DNA of 20,000 nucleotides from the sequence record DRR378314_656, one strand, 5' to 3'. Positions 1 to 8,107 of the stretch are shown piece after piece. Each line of letters opens with the position of its first letter. Positions within the stretch are counted from its first letter, which is position 1. The translations under genes were made by a program, and so were the position numbers. The notes beneath the pieces were generated by a model that worked only from the letters and a program-made list of their open reading frames with translations, was not told the DNA's origin and ran no database searches.

Positions 1-130
1 GCAGGGAGAAGGATTCGATGCCATTCTCCGCCAGCTCTGCCTCAGCAGCGCGCAAGAGCGCCATTTTCAGGTCGCCATGATGGTAGCGGTCTTTCGAGGC
101 GCGGCGCGAAGCGGTCTTTGATGCGGTCAT
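1..130 (-). CDS. TetR/AcrR family transcriptional regulator (5' part; runs off the window edge)
   Basis: Not in the ORF track. Manual translation from ATG at 130 gives MTASKTASRRASKDRYHHGDLKMALLRAAEAELAENGIESFSL; YHHGDL...SL(R) is a typical TetR N-terminus. Divergent from the amidohydrolase. Confidence 0.88.
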   Translation of the reverse strand, partial: MTASKTASRRASKDRYHHGDLKMALLRAAEAELAENGIESFSL

Positions 131-150
131 GTGCTTACCATAATTCATAA

Positions 151-201
151 CTTGACACTGTCTAGATGTTTTGACTAAAGGAAAATCTAGACAGTGACAA
201 G
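151..201. promoter_or_regulatory. Pair of TetR-type operators in the divergent promoter region
   Basis: CTTGACACTGTCTAGAT (151-167) and ATCTAGACAGTGACAAG (185-201) are inverted copies with 1 mismatch, and each is itself a near-palindrome. A perfect TTGACA (152-157) lies within the first. Confidence 0.75.
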
Positions 202-216
202 ATAGATGGATCTGTG

Positions 217-1734
217 ATGTTGAAATGGATTGTTCGAATTGGTCTGGCGCTTTGCGCGATTGCTCTCGTGGGCATGGTGTCGACCTATGTCTTCATCGAT
301 CGCGAGCTGAACCGGATGTATGGGGCCTTTGTCAAAGTGGCCGAGCCGGACCTGCCGCCACCGGGGCCGGATGCCTATGCGCTGGTGGATGTGAACGTGC
401 TGTCGCCGGAGGGGGATGCCTTCGTGCCGGGGCAGGCGGTCGTGGTGGATGCAGGCCTGATCCGGTCTGTCATGCCCGCAGATTCCGTGCCGGCGGGGCT
501 GGAGACGGTCGACGGGCAGGGGCGCTATCTGATCCCCGGCCTGACGGATTCCCATATCCATCTCTGGCAAAGCGAGAATGACCTTCTGGTATATGTCGCC
601 AATGGCGTGACACAGGTGCGCGACATGAACACGGTGCCGGTCAATCTGCGCTGGCGGGCGGAGATTGAAGACGGCCGGATCGGGCCGGACATCTTCGCTG
701 TCGCGCCGCAATTTGCGACCTTCGGACCGATGGAGGGCGCCTTTGTCGGCTGGACCCAGCGCAAAACCATCGTGCGTACGGACGACCAAGTGCACGATGC
801 CGTGAAGGATTTCGCGGCCAAGGGATATGACGCGCTGAAGGCGAGCAGCTTTCTCGACAAGGCCGGCTATGAGGCGATGAGCGAGGCGACCCGCGCGCAG
901 GGCATCAAACTGGTCGGGCATTTGCCGATTGCCGTCGGTCTGAATGACCTCTGGGCGTCGAACCAGAGCGAAGTGGCGCATGTTGAAGAGTTCGTGAAGG
1001 CTCTGGACCGGGAATTTGGCGGATACGGGCCTGATGAGGCGGAGGCGTTCCTCGAATATGTCCGGGAGCGGAGCGACGAGGTGGCAGGCCGCATGATCGA
1101 ACATGGCATCTCCGTGACCTCCACGATGGAACTGGTTGACAGTTTCCAGCGCCAGAAGCTGGACTTGCACACGGAACTCGATGCCGCGGAGCTGGCCTAT
1201 GAGAATCCCGGCATTGCCGAAGGCACGGTGATTACCTCGCGCGGGATGGGGTGGATGCCGGAGGTGAACATCTATCGCTGGCCTGACCAGTGGGATGATG
1301 ATCGCAAGGCCCGCAGCCGGATTTATTGGCAGGCCTATGCCGAAGCGCAGCACATCCTGTTCGACACATTCCGTGAGGCGGGTGTACCGATCATGGCGGG
1401 GACGGATGCCAATGTGCCGGTGCGTGTGCCGGGCTTCTCCCTGCATGAGGAATTCCTCGCACTGCAGGAGGCCGGGATGAGCCCGGCGCAAATCCTGGCG
1501 TCGGCAACGTCCGTGCCGTCTGACTATATGGGCACGAATGCCGGGCGTATCCAAGCCGGGCGAGAGGCAGATCTTGTTCTGCTGCGCGACAATCCCCTTG
1601 AGGACATTGCTGCGACGCAGGGCATCGACATGGTCGTGTTGGATGGCCGCCGTCTGGATCGCGCCGCGCTGGACGGGCTGCTGGAGTCGGTGAAAGCCGC
1701 CAATGATGAGAGCCGGAAGGTGGCATTGAACTGA
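217..1734 (+). CDS. Amidohydrolase superfamily protein with N-terminal membrane anchor
   Basis: Motifs IPGLTDSHIH (HxH), ALK, VGH, VAH, AGTD and G.I.AGREADLVLL..NPL. Hydrophobic N-terminal segment. Start is GTG 214 or ATG 217. Confidence 0.9.
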   Translation: MLKWIVRIGLALCAIALVGMVSTYVFIDRELNRMYGAFVKVAEPDLPPPGPDAYALVDVNVLSPEGDAFVPGQAVVVDAGLIRSVMPADSVPAGLETVDGQGRYLIPGLTDSHIHLWQSENDLLVYVANGVTQVRDMNTVPVNLRWRAEIEDGRIGPDIFAVAPQFATFGPMEGAFVGWTQRKTIVRTDDQVHDAVKDFAAKGYDALKASSFLDKAGYEAMSEATRAQGIKLVGHLPIAVGLNDLWASNQSEVAHVEEFVKALDREFGGYGPDEAEAFLEYVRERSDEVAGRMIEHGISVTSTMELVDSFQRQKLDLHTELDAAELAYENPGIAEGTVITSRGMGWMPEVNIYRWPDQWDDDRKARSRIYWQAYAEAQHILFDTFREAGVPIMAGTDANVPVRVPGFSLHEEFLALQEAGMSPAQILASATSVPSDYMGTNAGRIQAGREADLVLLRDNPLEDIAATQGIDMVVLDGRRLDRAALDGLLESVKAANDESRKVALN

Positions 1735-1827
1735 TGAGGACGGGGAAGGGGCGGTGCCGAACCTGACTGGCAATAAGCCCCTGCCACCCTAAATGAAGGG
1801 CAATCTGACGGCAGAGGAGCCAGCCCC

Positions 1828-2625
1828 ATGAAAACCATACTTGTGACCGGCGCGACGGACGGGATCGGGCTGGAGACCGCCGAGAAGTTGCTCGCAAAGG
1901 GCCAGCGGGTCCTGCTGCATGGGCGCAATCCGGACAAGCTGGAGGCGGTGCGCGCCAGCCTTTCCGAACGCTTCGACGCCGACCGTTTCGAGTCATTTGA
2001 AGCGGATCTGTCGAGCCTTCCTGCCGTGGAGGTGCTGGCAGATGCTGTCGCGGCAAAGCATGAATCACTGGACGTGCTCATCAACAACGCAGGCGTATTC
2101 AAGACACCCAATCCGGTGCTGGAAAATGGGCAGGATGTGCGCTTCGTCGTCAACACGCTGGCCCCGGCGCTGCTGACAGAGCGGCTGTTGCCTCTGCTTG
2201 GGGCGTCGGCGCGGGTGGTGAATTTGTCCTCTGCCGCGCAAGCGCCGGTCGATCTGAACGCGCTGGCGGGAACGGGCCGACTGGCCGACAATGCCGCCTA
2301 TGCGCAGAGCAAGCTGGCGCTGACCATGTGGACGATGGACCAGGCCGAGCGGCTGGGGCCGGACGGGCCGATGGTGGTCGCCGTCAATCCGGGGTCGCTT
2401 CTGGCGACCAAGATGGTGCGGGATGCCTATGGTATGTCCGGCAAGGATGTCGGCATCGGATCGGACATTCTGGTGCGTGCGGCGCTTTCGGACGAATTTG
2501 CGGATGCATCCGGCAAGTATTTCGACAATGACAGCGGCGCATTTGCTCCGCCACATCCTGATGCGCTGGACACAGCGAAGCGCGGGAAGGTGGTGCAGGT
2601 CATTCGCGACCTGTTGCCAGCCTGA
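1828..2625 (+). CDS. Short-chain dehydrogenase/reductase (SDR)
   Basis: TGATDGIG, NNAG, VVNLSS and YAQSK (YxxxK); SD-like GAGGAG upstream. Confidence 0.93.
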   Translation: MKTILVTGATDGIGLETAEKLLAKGQRVLLHGRNPDKLEAVRASLSERFDADRFESFEADLSSLPAVEVLADAVAAKHESLDVLINNAGVFKTPNPVLENGQDVRFVVNTLAPALLTERLLPLLGASARVVNLSSAAQAPVDLNALAGTGRLADNAAYAQSKLALTMWTMDQAERLGPDGPMVVAVNPGSLLATKMVRDAYGMSGKDVGIGSDILVRAALSDEFADASGKYFDNDSGAFAPPHPDALDTAKRGKVVQVIRDLLPA

Positions 2626-2688
2626 TCCTTCGCCCATCGCCCAACGTCAGGGCTGTGCAGAACAAGGGCGGCTGGTATAGCTGTCCCT

Positions 2689-3867
2689 ATGTTCGATATT
2701 GAAAGTTACGACTCGATGATGGCAGCGCTGGACGCGCTGGCACCGGAATTGGCCGAGCGGGCCGCCGAGATGGAAGAGGTGCGCCGCCTGCCGGCAGACC
2801 TAGCGGAAAAGATGGCGCGGGCCGGGGCGTTCCGCATGATGACGCCAAAAACCTATGGCGGGCTGGAGCTGTCGGCGCGGGAATTCGTTGAGGGCGTGGA
2901 GCGGATCGCGCGGGCCAATGCGAGCGCGGGATGGTGTTCCATGATCGCCTGCACAACGTCCATGAATGCGGCCTACATGGCGCCGGACATGGCGGCGGAG
3001 ATCTATGCCTCGCCCATGACGATCACAGGCGGCGTGTTCGCGCCGATGGGCCGGGCCGAGGTGGAAGGCGATGGCTATCGCGTCACCGGCCGTTGGCAGT
3101 GGGGCTCCGGATCGGCCAATTGCAGCTGGCTGGCCGGGGGCTGCATGGTGTTCGAGAAAGGCGAGATGAAGCGGCTGCCCTCCGGCGCGCCGGACCAGCG
3201 GATGATGGTCTTCCCGGCAAGCGATGCGACGCTGCACGATACCTGGCATGTCATGGGCCTGAAGGGGACGGGCAGCGGTGACCTGTCCGTAGACGGTATT
3301 TTTGTGCCGAAGGCGCGCTCAGTGTCCCTTGTCACCGATACGCCGCACGAGACCGGGCCACTTTATACATTCCCGCCCTTTGGCTTGTTGTCACTGGGCG
3401 TGTCTGCGGTGGCGATGGGCAATGCGCGGGCCAGCCTTGATGCGTTCAAGGAGCTGGCCGCCGGAAAGAAAAGCCAGGGCAGCAAGAAGACGCTGGCCGA
3501 GCGCCAGACCATTCAGGCCGCGTTTGCGGAGGCCGAAGCGAAATGGCGAGCGGCCCGCGCCTACATGATGGCAGAGCTGGACGAGACCTGGACTGTGGCG
3601 CGTGACGTGAAGCCCGGCGAGGGCATTCCGGTCGAGCGCCGGGCAGCGCTGCGCATGGCGTGTACGCACATGACGCGCACCGGCGCGGACATCTGCCGCG
3701 CGCTGTATGACCTTGGCGGCGGCGCAGCCCTGTTTGAAGCCTCTGACCTTCAGCGCCGGTTCCGGGACTCCCACGCCATGACGCAGCATATTGTGACTGC
3801 GCCTGCGACGTGGGAGCTGACCGGCCGTTTGCTGCTGGACCTGCCGACCGAAGCCGGAATGGTGTGA
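2689..3867 (+). CDS. Acyl-CoA dehydrogenase-fold flavin-dependent monooxygenase (HsaA-like oxygenase component)
   Basis: P..YGGLE, ASAGW, G.W.WGSG, DTW.VMGL.GTGS and LQRRFRD.H...QH motifs. Confidence 0.85.
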   Translation: MFDIESYDSMMAALDALAPELAERAAEMEEVRRLPADLAEKMARAGAFRMMTPKTYGGLELSAREFVEGVERIARANASAGWCSMIACTTSMNAAYMAPDMAAEIYASPMTITGGVFAPMGRAEVEGDGYRVTGRWQWGSGSANCSWLAGGCMVFEKGEMKRLPSGAPDQRMMVFPASDATLHDTWHVMGLKGTGSGDLSVDGIFVPKARSVSLVTDTPHETGPLYTFPPFGLLSLGVSAVAMGNARASLDAFKELAAGKKSQGSKKTLAERQTIQAAFAEAEAKWRAARAYMMAELDETWTVARDVKPGEGIPVERRAALRMACTHMTRTGADICRALYDLGGGAALFEASDLQRRFRDSHAMTQHIVTAPATWELTGRLLLDLPTEAGMV

Positions 3868-3887
3868 GGACGGCGCATACGTCCTCA
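3865..3887. repeat. Perfect 8-bp inverted repeat between convergent genes
   Basis: TGAGGACG-gcgcata-CGTCCTCA; the outer triplets are the two stop codons. No U-tract. Confidence 0.55.
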
Positions 3888-4418
3888 GCCATTCGGGAAG
3901 ATCAGCGGCTCTGATTTTTCACGGATCAGGTCGACCAGGTCTTCATCCATATACTGATAATCGTCCGGAATATCGAGCACGTGCAGCCGCTTGTAGGCGA
4001 CTTCCTGGCGGAAGTCTGCGCGCAGGCGGTTGGCATGCTTGTCTTCCATGACAAGGATCACCTCAGCCCAGCGGATATCGACCACTGAAACCTGCCGACG
4101 GGCGGATTTCGCCGTGCCGGCAGACCGGGTGGCCACGCCGTCCACGCGCGCGAAAACGGCCTCGCCCGTGGGGCTGCGCCATTGGTTCTTCGAGCAGATG
4201 AAGAGCACGTTGACCGGTTCGATGTCTGCCATCAGTTTCTTCCATTCCTTTGGCGGCCAGATTTTTCCGAGCTGGCGTGCACGATGCAGCTTGTTATGCC
4301 GCAGATACAGCAGTTTCCAGTTCTTTTCCTCAAAGCCACGATGGGTCGGCGCGCGCTTGCGGTCGCCATGCTTGCGAGCGGCCACGCGTCGCGCAGCCCG
4401 GTTTTCGGGGTGTGTCAT
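3885..4418 (-). CDS. Low-molecular-weight protein tyrosine phosphatase family protein with basic N-terminal extension
   Basis: VLFICSKNQWRSPTGE (CX5RS P-loop), SAGT and DIPDDY. ATG at 4418 is preceded by GAGGA; the ORF-track start at 4706 is over-extended. Confidence 0.88.
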   Translation of the reverse strand: MTHPENRAARRVAARKHGDRKRAPTHRGFEEKNWKLLYLRHNKLHRARQLGKIWPPKEWKKLMADIEPVNVLFICSKNQWRSPTGEAVFARVDGVATRSAGTAKSARRQVSVVDIRWAEVILVMEDKHANRLRADFRQEVAYKRLHVLDIPDDYQYMDEDLVDLIREKSEPLIFPNG

Positions 4419-4474
4419 TTGCTTGTCCTCGATTGTGCGGGTCAGCAGCCGCGGCAATACGAGGGACAGGCGCG

Positions 4475-4503
4475 TCATAGCCCGGAACAGGGCATTTCGG
4501 CAA
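4475..4503 (-). promoter_or_regulatory. Putative sigma70-type promoter of the LMW-PTP gene
   Basis: Minus strand TTGCCG-N17-CTATGA. Confidence 0.4.
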
Positions 4504-4531
4504 GATGGTCGGCCGAAATCACCCATGCAGG

Positions 4532-4560
4532 CTGGGAGCGGCCGGCAAATTGCCCCATAT
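4532..4560 (+). promoter_or_regulatory. Putative RpoH (sigma32)-type promoter of the yihY-like gene
   Basis: CTGGGA-N15-CCCCATAT; the -10 matches the sigma32 consensus and the -35 matches CTTGAA at 4/6. Confidence 0.4.
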
Positions 4561-4584
4561 AGAAAGCGTCGCGAAGGAGGCCGC

Positions 4585-5529
4585 ATGCTGAATTGGATCA
4601 AATCCCTGCCAGTGCCCGCGCCGATCCGGCATTGGGTGTTTGCGCCGCTCTGGTGCGCCATTGTCCGCCTGTCCAAGCCGGAAGTGCGGATCGTGACCGG
4701 GGGCATCAGCTTTTACGCGCTGTTCTCCATCTTTCCGATTGTCTATCTGACGCTGACCTTGCTGTTCGCGCTGTTGCCAGCGGATCTCAGCCGCCAGTTG
4801 GGCGATACGGTGGACCAGGTTCTGGTGTCGGCGGTTGCGCCGCTGAGCAAGGCTGATCTCGACGTGATCCATGAGTCCACGCCGCAGGGCGTCACCTTCC
4901 GGGCGTTGCTGGCAGTGATCGTCGTGTTCTACACGGCCAGCTCCGGGGCGAAGGCGGCCATCACTGGTATCCGTATGGTGGCGGGCAGCGAGCGACGGAC
5001 ACGGATCATCCGCTTTCAGGGCGTGTCGATCCTGATGACCGCTCTGCTCATCCTGTCCGTCTGGATCCTTGGCGCGTTGCAGCTGATCCTGTCCCTGATC
5101 ACCGAGCGTGATGGGTACATTGCCTATGATGTGGCGCAGACGATTTCTGACATTGCCTCAACGCTGTGGCTGGGGAAGGGGCTCGCCTGTTTCGCGGTCT
5201 TCTACCTGATCATCGCCCTGTCCCTGCATGGGCGTATCTCCGGCAACCGGGCCAAGGCGATGGGCGCGGCGGCAGGCGCTCTGGCCTGGCTGATCGCGAC
5301 CTGGGGGTATCACCTCTATCTGAAGTTCAGTTCGCTGGACACATTCTATGGCGCGCTGGCCTCGGTCATCCTCGGCTTTATCTGGCTGTCGGTTTCGGTG
5401 TCATCGCTCTTGTTCGGCGCGGCATTAGCGGTTGAGTGGGCTGCACGCATGCAACGGGAAGAGGTGATTGCGGAGCCAGACGAGGAAGACCTCGATGCGC
5501 CAGCCGATCAGGCCGCAAACAGCGCGTGA
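4585..5529 (+). CDS. YihY/virulence factor BrkB family inner-membrane protein
   Basis: ISFYALFSIFP and YGALASVI....WL...S..LLFGA motifs, multiple TM segments. AGGAGG precedes ATG 4585. Confidence 0.88.
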   Translation: MLNWIKSLPVPAPIRHWVFAPLWCAIVRLSKPEVRIVTGGISFYALFSIFPIVYLTLTLLFALLPADLSRQLGDTVDQVLVSAVAPLSKADLDVIHESTPQGVTFRALLAVIVVFYTASSGAKAAITGIRMVAGSERRTRIIRFQGVSILMTALLILSVWILGALQLILSLITERDGYIAYDVAQTISDIASTLWLGKGLACFAVFYLIIALSLHGRISGNRAKAMGAAAGALAWLIATWGYHLYLKFSSLDTFYGALASVILGFIWLSVSVSSLLFGAALAVEWAARMQREEVIAEPDEEDLDAPADQAANSA

Positions 5530-6257
5530 ATGACGCCGATGCGGCGCAGCGTGGTCAAATCCGCCTGTCCGGTGACCTGCTCTGGCAGCCAGCGGCGCTG
5601 GAATGCGGTGACCACTTTCTCGCAGGTCTCGCCATAGATGTCTGTCACGTCGAAGCCATAGCCGATTTCTGACAGCATGGTCTGGAGACGCCAGACGCTG
5701 GAGCCGGACGCGCCGCGTTCGAGCCCCTTGCCGATGACCTCCTTCGTCGTGCCGTCGAAATCCGGCCAGAGGCTGATGCCGGCGCGGGCGAGGCGCTCCC
5801 ACGGGAAGTGTTCGCCGGGATCCTGCTTGCGCAGGGGGGCGATGTCGGAATGGCCGAGAATGCGCGTGGCGGGGATGGCATGGCGGCCGAGAATGTCGTG
5901 GACGAGATCCAGCACGGCATGGATCTGTGGTCGGGGATAGGGCGGCAGGCTGCCATCCGGCGCGCGGAAATCATGCCCGCCATTGACGATCTCTATGCCG
6001 ATGGAGCGGGAGTTCAGATCCTGCTGTCCCTGCCAGCTGGCGACGCCTGCATGCCAGGCGCGCTTGTCCTCTTCGACGAGCTGCGTGATGCGGCCATCTT
6101 CCCAGACCATGTAGTGCGCAGAGACTTCTGCCTTCGAATCGCACATGCGCTCCAGCGCGTCTTCCCCCGTCGCCATGCCGGTATAGTGCAGCACCAGCAT
6201 GTCGAGCGGGTGCTTGCGCTCGTTGAAGTTCGGGCTGGCGACGTGTTCGATCTGCAT
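5508..6257 (-). CDS. N-acetylmuramoyl-L-alanine amidase (Amidase_2, AmpD/AmiD-like) with C-terminal peptidoglycan-binding domain
   Basis: SPNFNER, VLHYTGM, VSAHY, AWHAG, SIGIEIVN, GHSDIAP.RK.DPG and AFQRRW. ATG at 6257 overlaps the upstream stop (TGATG). Confidence 0.93.
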   Translation of the reverse strand: MQIEHVASPNFNERKHPLDMLVLHYTGMATGEDALERMCDSKAEVSAHYMVWEDGRITQLVEEDKRAWHAGVASWQGQQDLNSRSIGIEIVNGGHDFRAPDGSLPPYPRPQIHAVLDLVHDILGRHAIPATRILGHSDIAPLRKQDPGEHFPWERLARAGISLWPDFDGTTKEVIGKGLERGASGSSVWRLQTMLSEIGYGFDVTDIYGETCEKVVTAFQRRWLPEQVTGQADLTTLRRIGVIHALFAA

Positions 6258-7159
6258 CAGCTGCCTCCGGAGCCGAGCTTCTTGATAATGGCCGCGTCCG
6301 GCAGGGTCTTGTTCTGGCGGACTGCGATGACGAGCACACCGCTCAGCGAAATGACCGATCCGAGCACCAGCCGGGCGGAAATCGGCTCGTTCAGCAGGAT
6401 GATGCCGAAGACCACACCCCAAATTGGCGTCATCAGGGTCAATGGGGTCAGGAGGGAAATGTCGTACTTCTTGATGAGGGAATAGAACCCGCCATGCCCG
6501 AAGATCGACACGCCGACCACAGCGAACAGCCAAGCAAGCCCGAATTGCCAGCCGCCGCGCATAACGGATTCCAGCTGACCAGTCTCCAGCAGGCCGGACG
6601 TGATGAAGAGCGGTGCAAAGCTGAACAGGCCCACCCAAGCCTGCAGGCGAAGCGCCTTGATCGGGGGGAGCCGCTTCATCAGGATTCCGCCCACCGAGCC
6701 CACAAAGGCCGCAACGACGATGTAGATGAGGCCGATCGAGATTGAGAAACTGGACGGATCAAAGGCGATCAGCACGACGCCTGCAAAGGACAGCATGATG
6801 CCGAGCCCCCTGCGCCAGCCAATTTTTTCGCCAAGGAATGCCATGCTCATCAGGGTCGAGAAGGGCGCGCCGAGCTGTCCTGTGATGGACGCCGCGGACG
6901 CCTCTGCGCTCTGCAGGCCGATAAACAACAGGGAAAAATGCACCGCGCCGATGAACATGGCGATGAGGAACAACATTTTCAGGTCTTCAGGCTTTGGCCG
7001 CAGGAACATGACCAGAAGCGCGGCGACGCCTGCAAAACGCGTGGCCGCAAAGAAGATGGGCGGCACGCCGACATCGGCGACGACCCAGCGTGTGAAGACG
7101 ATATTTAGGCCCCAGACGAGGCAGACGGCAAAGAGAAGTACGAAATCGCGAAATGACAT
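6257..7159 (-). CDS. EamA/DMT family transporter
   Basis: 300 aa, about 10 hydrophobic segments, WG.N and R-F motifs, duplicated FLGE/LLNE pattern. Confidence 0.92.
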   Translation of the reverse strand: MSFRDFVLLFAVCLVWGLNIVFTRWVVADVGVPPIFFAATRFAGVAALLVMFLRPKPEDLKMLFLIAMFIGAVHFSLLFIGLQSAEASAASITGQLGAPFSTLMSMAFLGEKIGWRRGLGIMLSFAGVVLIAFDPSSFSISIGLIYIVVAAFVGSVGGILMKRLPPIKALRLQAWVGLFSFAPLFITSGLLETGQLESVMRGGWQFGLAWLFAVVGVSIFGHGGFYSLIKKYDISLLTPLTLMTPIWGVVFGIILLNEPISARLVLGSVISLSGVLVIAVRQNKTLPDAAIIKKLGSGGS

Positions 7160-7387
7160 ATTCTGGGCGTTAGCAGGATTTATCCGGACTGGGCAGGGGA
7201 AATAGAACTTTCCTTTGCGTCGTTTTCGACTGCTTCAAAAATGACCATGTTCAGCTTTCAGTCAGGTGGGGACTGCGAGGGAACGGAAGGCTGCGCGATG
7301 CGCTAAACAAACGTTAAGAAGCTGTTATAGTCATTGGCAGGTGGAAGGCGGGGCCGATCCGGACCTGTTATCAGGAGGTGTGGTTGA

Positions 7388-8107
7388 ATGGGACTGATCT
7401 GGTGGATATTGCCAGCAATCGCGGCCGTGATTGGCCTGATGCTGCTGTTTGCGGGCTTCGGAAAACTGGCAAAACTGAAAGCGGGTTCCGGGGCGTTCCG
7501 GCTGACCTTCGGGGTCGCATTTCTGGCGCTGGCGGGCGTCGTGGCCTTTGCGGGCTTGAATCTGCAGACTTATCAGCGCCTGACCAAGGAACGCTATGCA
7601 GCGAACATCAAGTTCGAAGCCGTTGAAGGCGAAGAGAACGCCTATGTGCTGGACCTGACCTTCTCGGATGGCCGCAAGCTGCTGGAAGAGAATGGCGCCC
7701 AGCCGATCCTGCGTGGCAATGAATTCGAAATCGGCGCGCAGGTGATCAAGTTCAAACCCATGGCCAATATGCTTGGCTATGACTCGATCTACCGCCTCGA
7801 CTTCATCGAAGGTCGCCTGTCGCGCCGGTTCACGCCGGAAGCGGTGACCGAGGCGACGACGAATGGAATCGCGCTGGCCGCCAATCCCGGCTTTGACGTG
7901 CACCGCATGGCGCAGGAGCAGGGAGGGCGGTTTGGCATTGATGCGCAATACGGCTCAGCCACCTACCAGCCGATGGGCGACGGGTTCGAGTATGTGGTGA
8001 ACATCTCTCAGGACGCATTGATTGCGCGCCCCAGCGAAGCGACGAAGGTGTTGATCCAGAAACAGCGCTATCCGGGTTACAGCTCGACGCAGGAGTCTTC
8101 CCAGTGA
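7388..8107 (+). CDS. Conserved hypothetical membrane protein (2 N-terminal TM segments + soluble domain)
   Basis: AGGAGG upstream, coding-like codon usage, two hydrophobic helices then YQRLT..., YRLD and DAQYGSA segments. Stop overlaps the next start (GTGA). Confidence 0.8.
   Translation: MGLIWWILPAIAAVIGLMLLFAGFGKLAKLKAGSGAFRLTFGVAFLALAGVVAFAGLNLQTYQRLTKERYAANIKFEAVEGEENAYVLDLTFSDGRKLLEENGAQPILRGNEFEIGAQVIKFKPMANMLGYDSIYRLDFIEGRLSRRFTPEAVTEATTNGIALAANPGFDVHRMAQEQGGRFGIDAQYGSATYQPMGDGFEYVVNISQDALIARPSEATKVLIQKQRYPGYSSTQESSQ

Noticed and set aside
187-1773. 528-aa minus-strand ORF spanning the amidohydrolase
   Set aside because: Antisense shadow of a high-GC gene; no recognisable motifs and atypical composition.
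1735-1827. Weak hairpins in the amidohydrolase-SDR spacer (possible riboswitch or terminator)
   Set aside because: Only short GC stems with mismatches, no U-tract and no recognisable aptamer consensus.
4030-4706. Apparent long head-to-head overlap of the LMW-PTP and YihY ORFs
   Set aside because: Artefact of longest-ORF starts. SD-supported starts at 4418 (-) and 4585 (+) leave a normal divergent spacer.
6258-6638. N-terminal extension of the amidase ORF overlapping EamA
   Set aside because: Family similarity begins at MQIEHVASPNF (6257); the upstream part is an alternative frame of the EamA gene.
7280-7304. GGAAC-N16-CGCT as a second EcfG promoter
   Set aside because: The -10 mismatches CGTT; too weak to call without data.
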